DNA of 56,178 bases, from positions 1-56,178 of the forward strand of contig CACLYL010000003.1 in the NCBI GenBank assembly GCA_902611135.1, in the 5' to 3' direction. Positions within the stretch are counted from its first letter, which is position 1. The number at the start of each line of letters is the position of its first letter. Origin of the DNA: an uncultured Fidelibacterota bacterium. Lineage in GTDB: Bacteria > Fidelibacterota > Marinisomatia > Marinisomatales > UBA1611. Both the position numbers and the translations under genes were made by a program. This document shows positions 10,591 to 19,340 of this stretch, piece by piece. The notes under the pieces are model-generated. The model searched no databases. It saw only the letters and a program-made list of their open reading frames with translations, and had not been told where the DNA came from.

Positions 10591-13287
10591 TTGAAATACG
10601 TATATCTATTTGGAAATCAGGAAGCTGAAGGAACGGCTGAAATGAAAAATCTGCTTGGAGGTAAAGGAGCAAATTTAGCAGAAATGAATTTACTTAAAAT
10701 ACCAGTGCCTGCTGGCTTTACAATCACAACAGATGTTTGCACACATTATTATGATAATGATTGTAATTTTCCTGCTGGATTAAATACTGAAATTTTAAAT
10801 GCCATAAAACAAACCGAAAATGCAATGGGTGCAAAATTTGGAGATGATGAGAATCCTCTATTGGTCTCAGTACGATCTGGAGCTAGAACATCAATGCCGG
10901 GGATGATGGAAACCGTTTTAAATGTGGGATTAACATCGAAAACAATTCCTGCTCTAATAAAAAAAACTAACAACCCACGATTTGTTTATGATGCCTACCG
11001 AAGACTTATTATGATGTATGCAGACGTAGTCATGGAAAAGGGTGGTGGTGCGGAAATTGAGAGAGAAAATGGAATACGCCACAAACTTGAAAGTTTATTA
11101 AGTGAATATAAGAAAAATAAAGGTTACAAAAACGATACAGACTTAAATGGAGATGATTGGAAATCATTATCCAAAAAATTTAAAAACCAAATTAAAGAAT
11201 CTTTAAGAAGTGAATTCCCAGACGATCCTATGGAACAATTAATGGGAGGAGTTGAAGCGGTCTTTAAGAGTTGGAACGGGGAGCGTGCGATTAACTACAG
11301 AAAAATTGAAAACATCCCAGATAGGTGGGGTACTGCAGTTAATGTTCAAGCAATGGTATTTGGTAACATGGGCCCTAATTCAGCTACAGGAGTCGCATTC
11401 ACAAGAAATCCTGCTAATGGTGAAAATAAATTTTTTGGTGAATGGTTAACTAATGCGCAGGGTGAAGATGTTGTTGCTGGATTGCGAACACCAAATCCTT
11501 TAAATGAAGATACAAAGACAGAGGACACTGAAAATTTACCCTCACTCGAAACTTCAATGTCTGAAATTTATAGTGAATTATTCAAAATAAAAGTCCAACT
11601 TGAAAAACATTACTCTGATATGCAAGACATTGAATTTACAATCCAAGAGGGAAAGCTTTGGATGCTTCAAACTAGAGTAGGGAAAAGAACTGGATCAGCG
11701 GCAATCAAAATGGCTGTTGATATGAAAGAAGAAGGGATGATTAGTAAAGAAGTCGCATTAAAACGGGTTAATCCAGAACAGATTGATGAATTATTACATC
11801 CTAGGTTAGATAAAAAAAATGAGAATGAAGCTACGCTTTTAGCTAAGGGCCTACCAGCTGGACCAGGTGGAGCATCAGGAAGAATAGTTTTTACCGCTGA
11901 TGATGCTGAATCATGGCATAAAAATGGTGAAAAGGTTATCTTAATAAGAGAGGAAACCTCTCCTGAAGATGTCCATGGAATGCATGCATCAGAAGCTATA
12001 TTAACAGCTAAAGGCGGGATGACATCCCATGCTGCCCTAGTTGCTAGAGGATGGGGAAAATGTTGTATTGTTGGATGTAGCTCTATTCAAATAAACTTAG
12101 AGAAAAGGGAAGTTGAAGTTGCTGGTCAGATCTTAAAAGAGGGTGACTGGGTGACTATGAATGGCACAAAAGGATACTTGTATAGGGGACAATTGGAATT
12201 AGTTCCTGCAGATCCAGATAGTCACAAAGAATACAAAGTTCTCATGAATTGGGCTGATGAAATTAGAACCCTCAAAATAAGAACAAATGCTGAAAGCCCT
12301 TCAGATGCAAAACAAGCAATAGTATTTGGCGCAGAAGGAATAGGTTTGTGCAGGACAGAGCATATGTTCTTTGATGAAAAAAGAATAATTGCTATGCGAA
12401 AAATGATTCTAGCAGATGATCCTGTTGAAAAGCGATCAGCCGTTATGGGCTTATTGCCATTTCAAAAAGAAGATTTTAAAGGTATTTTAAAAGCCATGGC
12501 GGGAAAACCTGTGACAATTCGATTACTAGATCCGCCTTTACATGAATTTATTTCTCTCGATAATAGTCAAATTAAAGATCTTGCTAATGAACTTGGTCTA
12601 AAGAGTAATTTAATTGAAAAGAGAATTTCCAGCTTACATGAGTTAAATCCAATGCTTGGACACCGTGGCTGTAGATTAGGTATTGCCTTCCCAGAAATAA
12701 CAGAGATGCAATCAAGAGCTATTCTAGAGGCCTCTGCTGAATTAATTAAGGAAAACATATCTGTCCATCCTGAAATCATGATACCACTGGTTGGAAATGT
12801 TGAAGAATATAAGAACCAAGCTGATATAGTCAAAAAAACAGCTGAAAGGGTTCAGAAAGAGACAGGTGTGGAATTAAATTATTTAATTGGGACAATGATT
12901 GAATTACCAAGAGCATGTCTCACTGCAAATGAAATAGCAGAGCATGCCGAATTTTTTAGTTTTGGAACAAACGATTTAACCCAAACCACCTATGGTTTTA
13001 GTAGAGATGATATAGGTTCTTTTCTTCCGGAGTATTTAGATAAAAAGATCCTGCCCTATGATCCGTTTCAAAGTATTGATAAAAAGGGCGTGGGAAGGCT
13101 ACTCTCACTTGCCGTAAAGGAAGGACGAGATGTTAATTCGGAGCTTAAAATTGGTATATGTGGTGAACATGGTGGTGATCCGTCTTCAATTCAATTTTGT
13201 AAAGAGAATGGTTTAGACTATGTAAGCTGTTCTCCATTTAGAGTTCCTATTGCAAGGTTGGCAGCAGCTCAATCTGAACTAAAATAA
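10591..13287 (+). CDS. ppdK: Pyruvate, phosphate dikinase
   Basis: LLGGKGANLAEM, VSVRSGA..SMPGMM, GGMTSHAALVARG (phospho-His), GIGLCRTEHMF, FSFGTNDLTQ, GICGEHGGDP. GCAGGAG SD before the TTG start. Confidence 0.98.
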   Translation: MKYVYLFGNQEAEGTAEMKNLLGGKGANLAEMNLLKIPVPAGFTITTDVCTHYYDNDCNFPAGLNTEILNAIKQTENAMGAKFGDDENPLLVSVRSGARTSMPGMMETVLNVGLTSKTIPALIKKTNNPRFVYDAYRRLIMMYADVVMEKGGGAEIERENGIRHKLESLLSEYKKNKGYKNDTDLNGDDWKSLSKKFKNQIKESLRSEFPDDPMEQLMGGVEAVFKSWNGERAINYRKIENIPDRWGTAVNVQAMVFGNMGPNSATGVAFTRNPANGENKFFGEWLTNAQGEDVVAGLRTPNPLNEDTKTEDTENLPSLETSMSEIYSELFKIKVQLEKHYSDMQDIEFTIQEGKLWMLQTRVGKRTGSAAIKMAVDMKEEGMISKEVALKRVNPEQIDELLHPRLDKKNENEATLLAKGLPAGPGGASGRIVFTADDAESWHKNGEKVILIREETSPEDVHGMHASEAILTAKGGMTSHAALVARGWGKCCIVGCSSIQINLEKREVEVAGQILKEGDWVTMNGTKGYLYRGQLELVPADPDSHKEYKVLMNWADEIRTLKIRTNAESPSDAKQAIVFGAEGIGLCRTEHMFFDEKRIIAMRKMILADDPVEKRSAVMGLLPFQKEDFKGILKAMAGKPVTIRLLDPPLHEFISLDNSQIKDLANELGLKSNLIEKRISSLHELNPMLGHRGCRLGIAFPEITEMQSRAILEASAELIKENISVHPEIMIPLVGNVEEYKNQADIVKKTAERVQKETGVELNYLIGTMIELPRACLTANEIAEHAEFFSFGTNDLTQTTYGFSRDDIGSFLPEYLDKKILPYDPFQSIDKKGVGRLLSLAVKEGRDVNSELKIGICGEHGGDPSSIQFCKENGLDYVSCSPFRVPIARLAAAQSELK

Positions 13288-13296
13288 AAGTAATAG

Positions 13297-13336
13297 AAAA
13301 ATAAAAAGCCTCAATTATTTGAGGCTTTTTATTTTT
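13297..13336. terminator. Bidirectional rho-independent terminator between ppdK and fliG-like
   Basis: Perfect 18-bp inverted repeat AAAAATAAAAAGCCTCAA-TTAT-TTGAGGCTTTTTATTTTT between convergent genes. Confidence 0.9.
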
Positions 13337-13366
13337 TAAAGACTTACTTTATGATTAAAGGTATTA

Positions 13367-14302
13367 CTACTCTACCATTTCACCACCAGATAACATATCT
13401 TCTAAGTTTATAGTTCCATCATCAGCTAATTTTTTTGCCCCAACAACAACCTGCTTTCTCGCTCCTTCTACCTCTCTCTTTGCAACAGCGCCCTCTACTG
13501 GCTCAAACATTGCTTGCTTTTTACCGGGCAAACTATCAATAATTTTATCTACAATTTCTTTATCAAGGCCTTTTAAGGCTAATGCAAGCGCCTCAAGCTC
13601 AATTCCATTAAATAAATCTCTTTTAACATTATCAGGAAATTTTTCCAATATATCATCAAAAGTTAAGTGATACTTTTTAACTTCTTTAAATAACTCAGGG
13701 TTTTCATTTTGAAGAGTTTGCAAATACTTTTCTTCCTCAGCAGCATCCATATTCCCAATAATGTCAGCAATCTCTTTTCCTCCACCTCTAGAGAATTCTG
13801 TTGTTCTAGGCAAATAGGTTGCTTTTTCTTTCATTCTGGCTGCTACCTCTATAACACCTTCCAGTGGAATGTCCTCTAATGATCCTAGCTCTAATAAGAT
13901 TTGCCCTTTTATTTTTGGATCTACCTTATCTAAAATCTTCATTCTTTGATCAGGCTCTAATTGAGCCATAATCATCGCAATTACAGGTGAATCTTCGTTT
14001 TCGACGAGAGCGTTTAATTGCTCCTCATTTAAATCTTTCAAAAACTCAAATGGCTGGATAGGACCATCTTCTTTGTCAACCGTTTCAAATTGTTCGCTCA
14101 AGAAACCAAAATAAAACTCTTCCATCACTCTTTTTTTCACAGAATATGAAACAGCCTCCATCTCCCGAACTGTAGATCTTATCTTTCTAATATTTGTTTT
14201 AGACAGCCCCTTCACTAACGACAGGGCTAGACTTTCTCCCACTACGGAGAAAAGAATGGCTACTTTTTGTAAACCTGAAAGCATATGGTAATCATTAATC
14301 AT
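13367..14302 (-). CDS. fliG: FliG-like rotor protein (divergent)
   Basis: N domain LSGLQKVAILF..VGE, middle domain PFEFL...VIAMIMAQLEP, Gly hinge RGGGKEIADII, LTFDDI, C domain LALALKG...V.KREVEGARKQVV. Confidence 0.88.
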   Translation of the reverse strand: MINDYHMLSGLQKVAILFSVVGESLALSLVKGLSKTNIRKIRSTVREMEAVSYSVKKRVMEEFYFGFLSEQFETVDKEDGPIQPFEFLKDLNEEQLNALVENEDSPVIAMIMAQLEPDQRMKILDKVDPKIKGQILLELGSLEDIPLEGVIEVAARMKEKATYLPRTTEFSRGGGKEIADIIGNMDAAEEEKYLQTLQNENPELFKEVKKYHLTFDDILEKFPDNVKRDLFNGIELEALALALKGLDKEIVDKIIDSLPGKKQAMFEPVEGAVAKREVEGARKQVVVGAKKLADDGTINLEDMLSGGEMVE

Positions 14303-14319
14303 TTTATTAATCCTATTTC

Positions 14320-16137
14320 TTATTCATCTTCTGTTTCTTCACCTTCCTGCTCCTCATCATTAGAACCTTCTTCTACAGCTGGTTCAGCAGCTGGCGCTGG
14401 TGCTGGCTGCTCCAACCATTCTTGAACAATTGTCGAGGTTTTTGCGGGTTGTCCAACGCTCATAGAAACAACTGATTTTCTTATATCGTCAATTTCACTT
14501 TTTAAAACATTTGGATCATCTGAAACTGGAATTGATTTTGCTGCAGCTTGAGACCCTTGAGATAAAATTTCATCCTCTCTAATTTTATTTACTTCATCTT
14601 GTACTGGCTGAGCATTTCTATCGACTGTCTCTTCTTTTTTCTCCTCTTTCTTACTTCCTGGTGGCTTTTTCCTTCTTTTTCTTCTCCTAACAGGGGGTCT
14701 TTGCGGAGGATACATCATCCATGGAGGCATAGGGGGCGACACCATGTTGTTTGTTTGATTTTTTCTACCCTTAATTAACACAAAAATAAGTATAGCTAGT
14801 AATAAAACAGCAACTCCGGATACTATATAAAGTATTAACCTTGAGCTGTCAAAAGATGTCTTAGCCTCCTCTTGGACAACAACTAATTCTGCTTGGGCAG
14901 CATCAAGAGCTAATAACTTAGCTTGTATTAGAGAATCTTGCATTTGTTTCTCTTGTTCTCGAAGCGCTATTTCTGATTGAATTTTAGCTTGTGCTTTCAT
15001 TGCAGCATCAGCTGAGTCCTGTAACATTGCCTGAATAAGAGTTCTTTGCAAGTTTTGAATCTCATTATCCAGCATGGCAAACCTTGAGGAATCAACCTTT
15101 GATTGATCATTAGATTTGTTATCATTTTTCATGGTAAGCATTTCTTTAAGTGCTTCTATTTCACTTTCTAATTTAGAATTCCTAATGGAATCTCTTCTCA
15201 TTAATTCTTTCTTTTCATATTCTGCAGCTTCCTCCAATCTTTTTCTTTCAAGTTCAGCCATCTGGCTTTCAAGAGATGCTAAATCCTGTTCACGACGTAA
15301 AGACTGTTCATTTTTGTATTTCTCAATATCTTCTTTCCAACTACTTGATTCACTAACTCGTCTCTGCTCTAAATTCTCAATTTTTTCTGCAATGTTTTTT
15401 AACATTATTTGCTCAGCAGATTTTTGATCTCTTCTTTCTTTAAAGCTGGCTGTCATAATTGTTATTTTATCTCCGCGGGATCTGTCAAATTTTGAAGATG
15501 CCATAGTTAACTGTCTGATATTTTCAATAAGTTCTGGCGCGGCACCTTCTTGCAATATTAGGGCAATATCCATTCTCTTCACTTCAGCTCTGGATGGTCT
15601 TTTTCGGGATACAACTTTATCAACAAGCTCTTTTCCCTCCTCTTCACCCTCCGCAATACTATTTTGTATCGGCTCCATAGTCCTTGGTGAAATCGGATTA
15701 GATTGCGTAACAGGAGTTCTCATTTTCGATTTTTGTTGAGTTACATCTACTTCAAAACCCGGTATTGGTAGACCAATGGAATACGATTCATTTTGATTGT
15801 TTATATTCTCATTTTCTTGCATCATATTTTCTTGCATTTTTTGGAGAACATTTGCTGTTTGCTCAGCAGGAGACTCTGCTTTTTCTTTTTTAGTATCCCT
15901 AGGAGAAAAGACGGTTATTTGCTCGTTAACTTCATCCAAAACTTCTAACTCAACATCTACGTTGATTACGTATTTATGAGAATCGATAATTTTAGACAGA
16001 GCATCTTTTATTCTATCTCTTATGTTATTCTCAACCATAAGTTTTTGAGATAAATATCCACTCCCCTGACTGAAGAGAACAGTGAATAAAATACAACTCC
16101 CGAATAGTCGGATAAACTGCTTTTTAACTGTTTTCAT
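14320..16137 (-). CDS. FliF C-terminal (RBM3)-like ring protein with long coiled coil, one TM and FliG-binding tail
   Basis: ENNIRDRIKDALSKII...VINVDVEL and EVKRMDIALIL...IRQLTMASSKFDRSRGDKITIMTASF match the FliF RBM3 pattern. C-terminal PAKTSTIVQEWL matches the FliF FliG-binding helix. Start moved to ATG 16137 (GAGGAG SD, signal-peptide-like N-terminus). Confidence 0.75.
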   Translation of the reverse strand: MKTVKKQFIRLFGSCILFTVLFSQGSGYLSQKLMVENNIRDRIKDALSKIIDSHKYVINVDVELEVLDEVNEQITVFSPRDTKKEKAESPAEQTANVLQKMQENMMQENENINNQNESYSIGLPIPGFEVDVTQQKSKMRTPVTQSNPISPRTMEPIQNSIAEGEEEGKELVDKVVSRKRPSRAEVKRMDIALILQEGAAPELIENIRQLTMASSKFDRSRGDKITIMTASFKERRDQKSAEQIMLKNIAEKIENLEQRRVSESSSWKEDIEKYKNEQSLRREQDLASLESQMAELERKRLEEAAEYEKKELMRRDSIRNSKLESEIEALKEMLTMKNDNKSNDQSKVDSSRFAMLDNEIQNLQRTLIQAMLQDSADAAMKAQAKIQSEIALREQEKQMQDSLIQAKLLALDAAQAELVVVQEEAKTSFDSSRLILYIVSGVAVLLLAILIFVLIKGRKNQTNNMVSPPMPPWMMYPPQRPPVRRRKRRKKPPGSKKEEKKEETVDRNAQPVQDEVNKIREDEILSQGSQAAAKSIPVSDDPNVLKSEIDDIRKSVVSMSVGQPAKTSTIVQEWLEQPAPAPAAEPAVEEGSNDEEQEGEETEDE

Positions 16138-16227
16138 TTGACACTCCTCGGTATGTGTTTTCACAATTAGTCATATTAAATATTAAGATCCGCTATCTTA
16201 ATAGACGTTATGTTAAAATTTAAGTCA

Positions 16228-17121
16228 TCAACCATCTTTTGACCTTTCTTGTGCTGCTAAATTATCAGCTGTGGTAGCTAAAAAAGTTATTTGCAATCTT
16301 CTATTATTTGCCTTCATTTCTGGTGTAGCATTCCAGCCTAATACAGTTGGAAGCTCAAATGTGTTCCCAGATGCTTCGTTCGTGTAGGTTTGTTTTTCAT
16401 TCCAGGTAAGTTTTAATGGACTGTACATTGGATTTTCAGATTGATAATCAGCCAGTTGTTTTGGCGTCCAATCACCGTAACCTGCAGCAATAAGTCTAAT
16501 TGCTTTTATTCCACCCCTTTCAATCATATATCGAACAGCCGCAGCTCCCCTTGCTGCAGAAAGTTCCCAATTTGAAGGAAAACGTTTTCTCCATTTCCTA
16601 GGCATTGGGTCACTGTCAGAATGACCAGCAACTTCAACATTAAAAGGACTTACTTTGATCTTAGGAATAATATGTTCATCTAACAACTTTTTCAATTCGG
16701 ATTTTAGTTTTGCATCACCTGATTTAAACGAATAATCACCATCAATATTCACTATTAATCCCTTTAAGCTTGTTTGAATATCAATCGGGGAATCCCCTTT
16801 AGGACTTTCCTTTTCTAATTGTTCAATAGACTCTTCCATAGCCGCTTTAACTTCAGCAAGAGTTTTTAGTGGTTCAAATTCACCTTCATCTTCAGCCCCT
16901 TCAGCCTCAATTTCACTACCTAAAGATTTCCCTTCTGAATTTGCCATTTCCTGAAGCTTGACAGGATCCATGGTTGAAATAGCTGCAAGCAACACGAAAA
17001 AAGCAAATAATAACGTCATCATGTCAGCAAAGGTTCCAAACCATCCAGGTAGACCCTCTTCAACAGAGTCAGCTCCTGCTTGAAACCCTTTAGAAAATGC
17101 TTTTTTTTCTTTGGGGTCCAT
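16228..17121 (-). CDS. motB: MotB/PomB-type stator B subunit with OmpA-like peptidoglycan-binding domain
   Basis: GLPGWFGTFADMMTLLFAFFVLL with the essential Asp, plus VAGHSD, NWELSAARG and NRRLQI. Confidence 0.92.
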   Translation of the reverse strand: MDPKEKKAFSKGFQAGADSVEEGLPGWFGTFADMMTLLFAFFVLLAAISTMDPVKLQEMANSEGKSLGSEIEAEGAEDEGEFEPLKTLAEVKAAMEESIEQLEKESPKGDSPIDIQTSLKGLIVNIDGDYSFKSGDAKLKSELKKLLDEHIIPKIKVSPFNVEVAGHSDSDPMPRKWRKRFPSNWELSAARGAAAVRYMIERGGIKAIRLIAAGYGDWTPKQLADYQSENPMYSPLKLTWNEKQTYTNEASGNTFELPTVLGWNATPEMKANNRRLQITFLATTADNLAAQERSKDG

Positions 17122-17126
17122 TTATT

Positions 17127-17909
17127 TTATTCTCTTTTCCATTCATTTGGAGGGATGTATGAATTTAATTTTTCTCTAACAATTAGGGGGTGTTTTTTTT
17201 GAGCAATCAACTTTGCTGCTTCTACTAGTAATGCTGCAGACATCGATGTTATATTGGTTTTATTACCCATCTTTTGAGCCATTGGTAAAAAAAACAAGTT
17301 TGCAAAAACTGCTCCATAAAATGTTGTTATCAATGCAGCCGCCATTCCGGATCCTAAATTATCAGCTCCTCCTGGTTCTCCAAAACCAGCTAACATAAGT
17401 ACTAATCCAATAAGAGTCCCAACCATACCCCATGCTGGAGATAAATCTCCCATCGCTTTTAACATATCTGTTTGAAGCTTCTCTCTTTTTTCTCTAAATT
17501 CGATCCTTGTCTCCATTATTTCTACCACTTCATCTGCGCCCATTCCATCAACGACCAGCTGGACACCGTCTTTAAAAAAGTAAGTTTTGATACCATCAAC
17601 ACTCTTTTCGAGATCCGAAGCTCCTTTTCTTGCTACTTCAGCTATGCCACAAGCTTCATCCACCAAAGGACCCATTTTATCATCAGCAGGTTTTAAAACC
17701 GCCCCAATAGCTTTACCAAGTGCAATAACATGGGGAAGCGGAAAAGCAACAAAGATTGAAGCAATCATTCCTCCTAGGACAATCCCTAAGCTTGGGACAT
17801 CAATAAAGTTTCCAAAGTTTCCAGCAGCACCAGTAGCAAATGCTATTGCCATACTGCCCACAATGGCGCCCAGACCAAGGACAACGCCAACAATAAGAGC
17901 TATATCCAT
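17127..17909 (-). CDS. motA: MotA/PomA-type stator A subunit
   Basis: FIDVPSLGIVLGG, ARKG...LE, GVQLVVDG, PAWGMVGTLIGLV.ML, MAAALITTFYG..ANL.FLP. Confidence 0.93.
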   Translation of the reverse strand: MDIALIVGVVLGLGAIVGSMAIAFATGAAGNFGNFIDVPSLGIVLGGMIASIFVAFPLPHVIALGKAIGAVLKPADDKMGPLVDEACGIAEVARKGASDLEKSVDGIKTYFFKDGVQLVVDGMGADEVVEIMETRIEFREKREKLQTDMLKAMGDLSPAWGMVGTLIGLVLMLAGFGEPGGADNLGSGMAAALITTFYGAVFANLFFLPMAQKMGNKTNITSMSAALLVEAAKLIAQKKHPLIVREKLNSYIPPNEWKRE

Positions 17910-17913
17910 TTAA

Positions 17914-19323
17914 TTAGTCTCCTTCTATACTTGCATTTTTTAACTTATTTTCATGCAAAGCTTTTAAAATATTTCTAACATCAGTGTATTCCGGGTCTAA
18001 CCTTAAAGCAAGATTCCAGTTAATTGTTGCTCTTTGCACATCGCCCAACTTGTAATAAATTGAACCTCTTCTAGCATAAGCCAAAGCTAAATTTGGATTT
18101 AATTCTAGAGCTAAATCAACTTCCTTCAATGCTTCTCGATAATCACCAGCATAAAAATATCTAAGAGATTTAGACAAGTGCCTCAGTGCTTCGTTCATAT
18201 TTTTTTCTGAAACGTTAGATTCTAATTTTATACTAGTTAAGGAATCAGACAAGAATTTTGTATTTTGCTCCATTGCAGATAGCCTAACGAGTAAGTTTCT
18301 CATTTCGTTGTTCATTAAAGACATTGAGTCTCTTAAAGTTTCTACTGCAATGTTTGCCATCGCGATCGTTGAATCTCTGTGCAATGGTATGAAATTGTCT
18401 TGGTTAAATTCCTTATTAGGTCCATAGATATTCATTGGCGCCGAAGGCCCTCCTGGCAAATTTCTACTTTGTCCCTCTCTTGGAACTTCCATGCTAAACC
18501 CTATAGAAATTCCAGAATGTCCGAGCCAATAAGCATCTTGCCAGTTTGGAATTTGATCTAAGTGGGTGAACCCTAGGTTCAGGCGGTAATCCGAGGTAAG
18601 GGGGATGCGGAGTCCCACATTGACACCCGATCCGTCGAATTCACCCACAATATCCATTCCTCCCCATCTAGCAAAATATGGGGTTTTAAGTCCAAAGCCA
18701 ATAAATATTCCAGCGTTACTTTCTGGAGCATTTTCAACACTATCAGAAAGTGCTGAATTTACTGTTGTAGTATCATTTACGAATCTTGAAACAGGGGCTA
18801 GCCCTCCTGTTCCAAAACCAAAATAAGTATTCATTTTATACTCACCTAAATCTTTTTCGCTACCTAAAACTACAAAAAAAGATAACAATTCCGTGTTTAA
18901 ATTTAAAATTCCTTCTTCATCAGATGAGCTCTCGAAAACGACATCCTGTAAACCTACCGATAAAGAAAGATCATTATACATATAAACTCTTTGTTGAAAA
19001 TGAAATCCAAATTCAACAGGAGGATTATATTGTGATTGCAGTAGGTTCTCAACTCTTGTTGTATCTGCTCCTTTAACAGCAGAGAACCCAAATCCAAAAC
19101 CTCTATTTAACTCTATGTCAAAAAAAACACCACCTGAAGTATTCATAGGATTGAAATTATGAATTTCAGCTCCTACGCCTGTCCTAAAGAGGTATGGAGT
19201 TTTCATTGTACTTGTTGTTGGTATTCTCATCATATACCCAGGTCTTGTGTAGGCAACTCTCGTTGATCCATACAAAAACTGAAAGAAGGATACTATAATT
19301 ACTATTTTTTTCGATAAAGCCAT
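17914..19323 (-). CDS. Exported protein: probable beta-barrel-like N region, coiled coil, C-terminal TPRs
   Basis: Signal peptide. Alternating aromatic/Gly beta-strands (YFGFGTG, IFIGFG, VGEFDGSGVNVGLR; YjbH-like pattern). TPRs at ALELNPNLALAYARRGSIYYKLGD. Confidence 0.65.
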   Translation of the reverse strand: MALSKKIVIIVSFFQFLYGSTRVAYTRPGYMMRIPTTSTMKTPYLFRTGVGAEIHNFNPMNTSGGVFFDIELNRGFGFGFSAVKGADTTRVENLLQSQYNPPVEFGFHFQQRVYMYNDLSLSVGLQDVVFESSSDEEGILNLNTELLSFFVVLGSEKDLGEYKMNTYFGFGTGGLAPVSRFVNDTTTVNSALSDSVENAPESNAGIFIGFGLKTPYFARWGGMDIVGEFDGSGVNVGLRIPLTSDYRLNLGFTHLDQIPNWQDAYWLGHSGISIGFSMEVPREGQSRNLPGGPSAPMNIYGPNKEFNQDNFIPLHRDSTIAMANIAVETLRDSMSLMNNEMRNLLVRLSAMEQNTKFLSDSLTSIKLESNVSEKNMNEALRHLSKSLRYFYAGDYREALKEVDLALELNPNLALAYARRGSIYYKLGDVQRATINWNLALRLDPEYTDVRNILKALHENKLKNASIEGD

Positions 19324-19340
19324 TATACAATATCAACTTT

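Noticed and set aside
16228-17909. Zorya (ZorAB), ExbBD/TolQR or GldLM interpretation of the stator pair
   Set aside because: The A subunit is a normal-length MotA/PomA without the ZorA tail, B has an OmpA-like domain, the neighbours are FliG and FliF-like, and no ZorC/D/E genes are present.
13367-17909. Decaying remnant of a flagellar cluster
   Set aside because: All ORFs are intact and tightly coupled with promoter and terminator, and the losses (RBM1/2, EHPQR) are coherent rather than random. This cannot be fully excluded without the whole genome.
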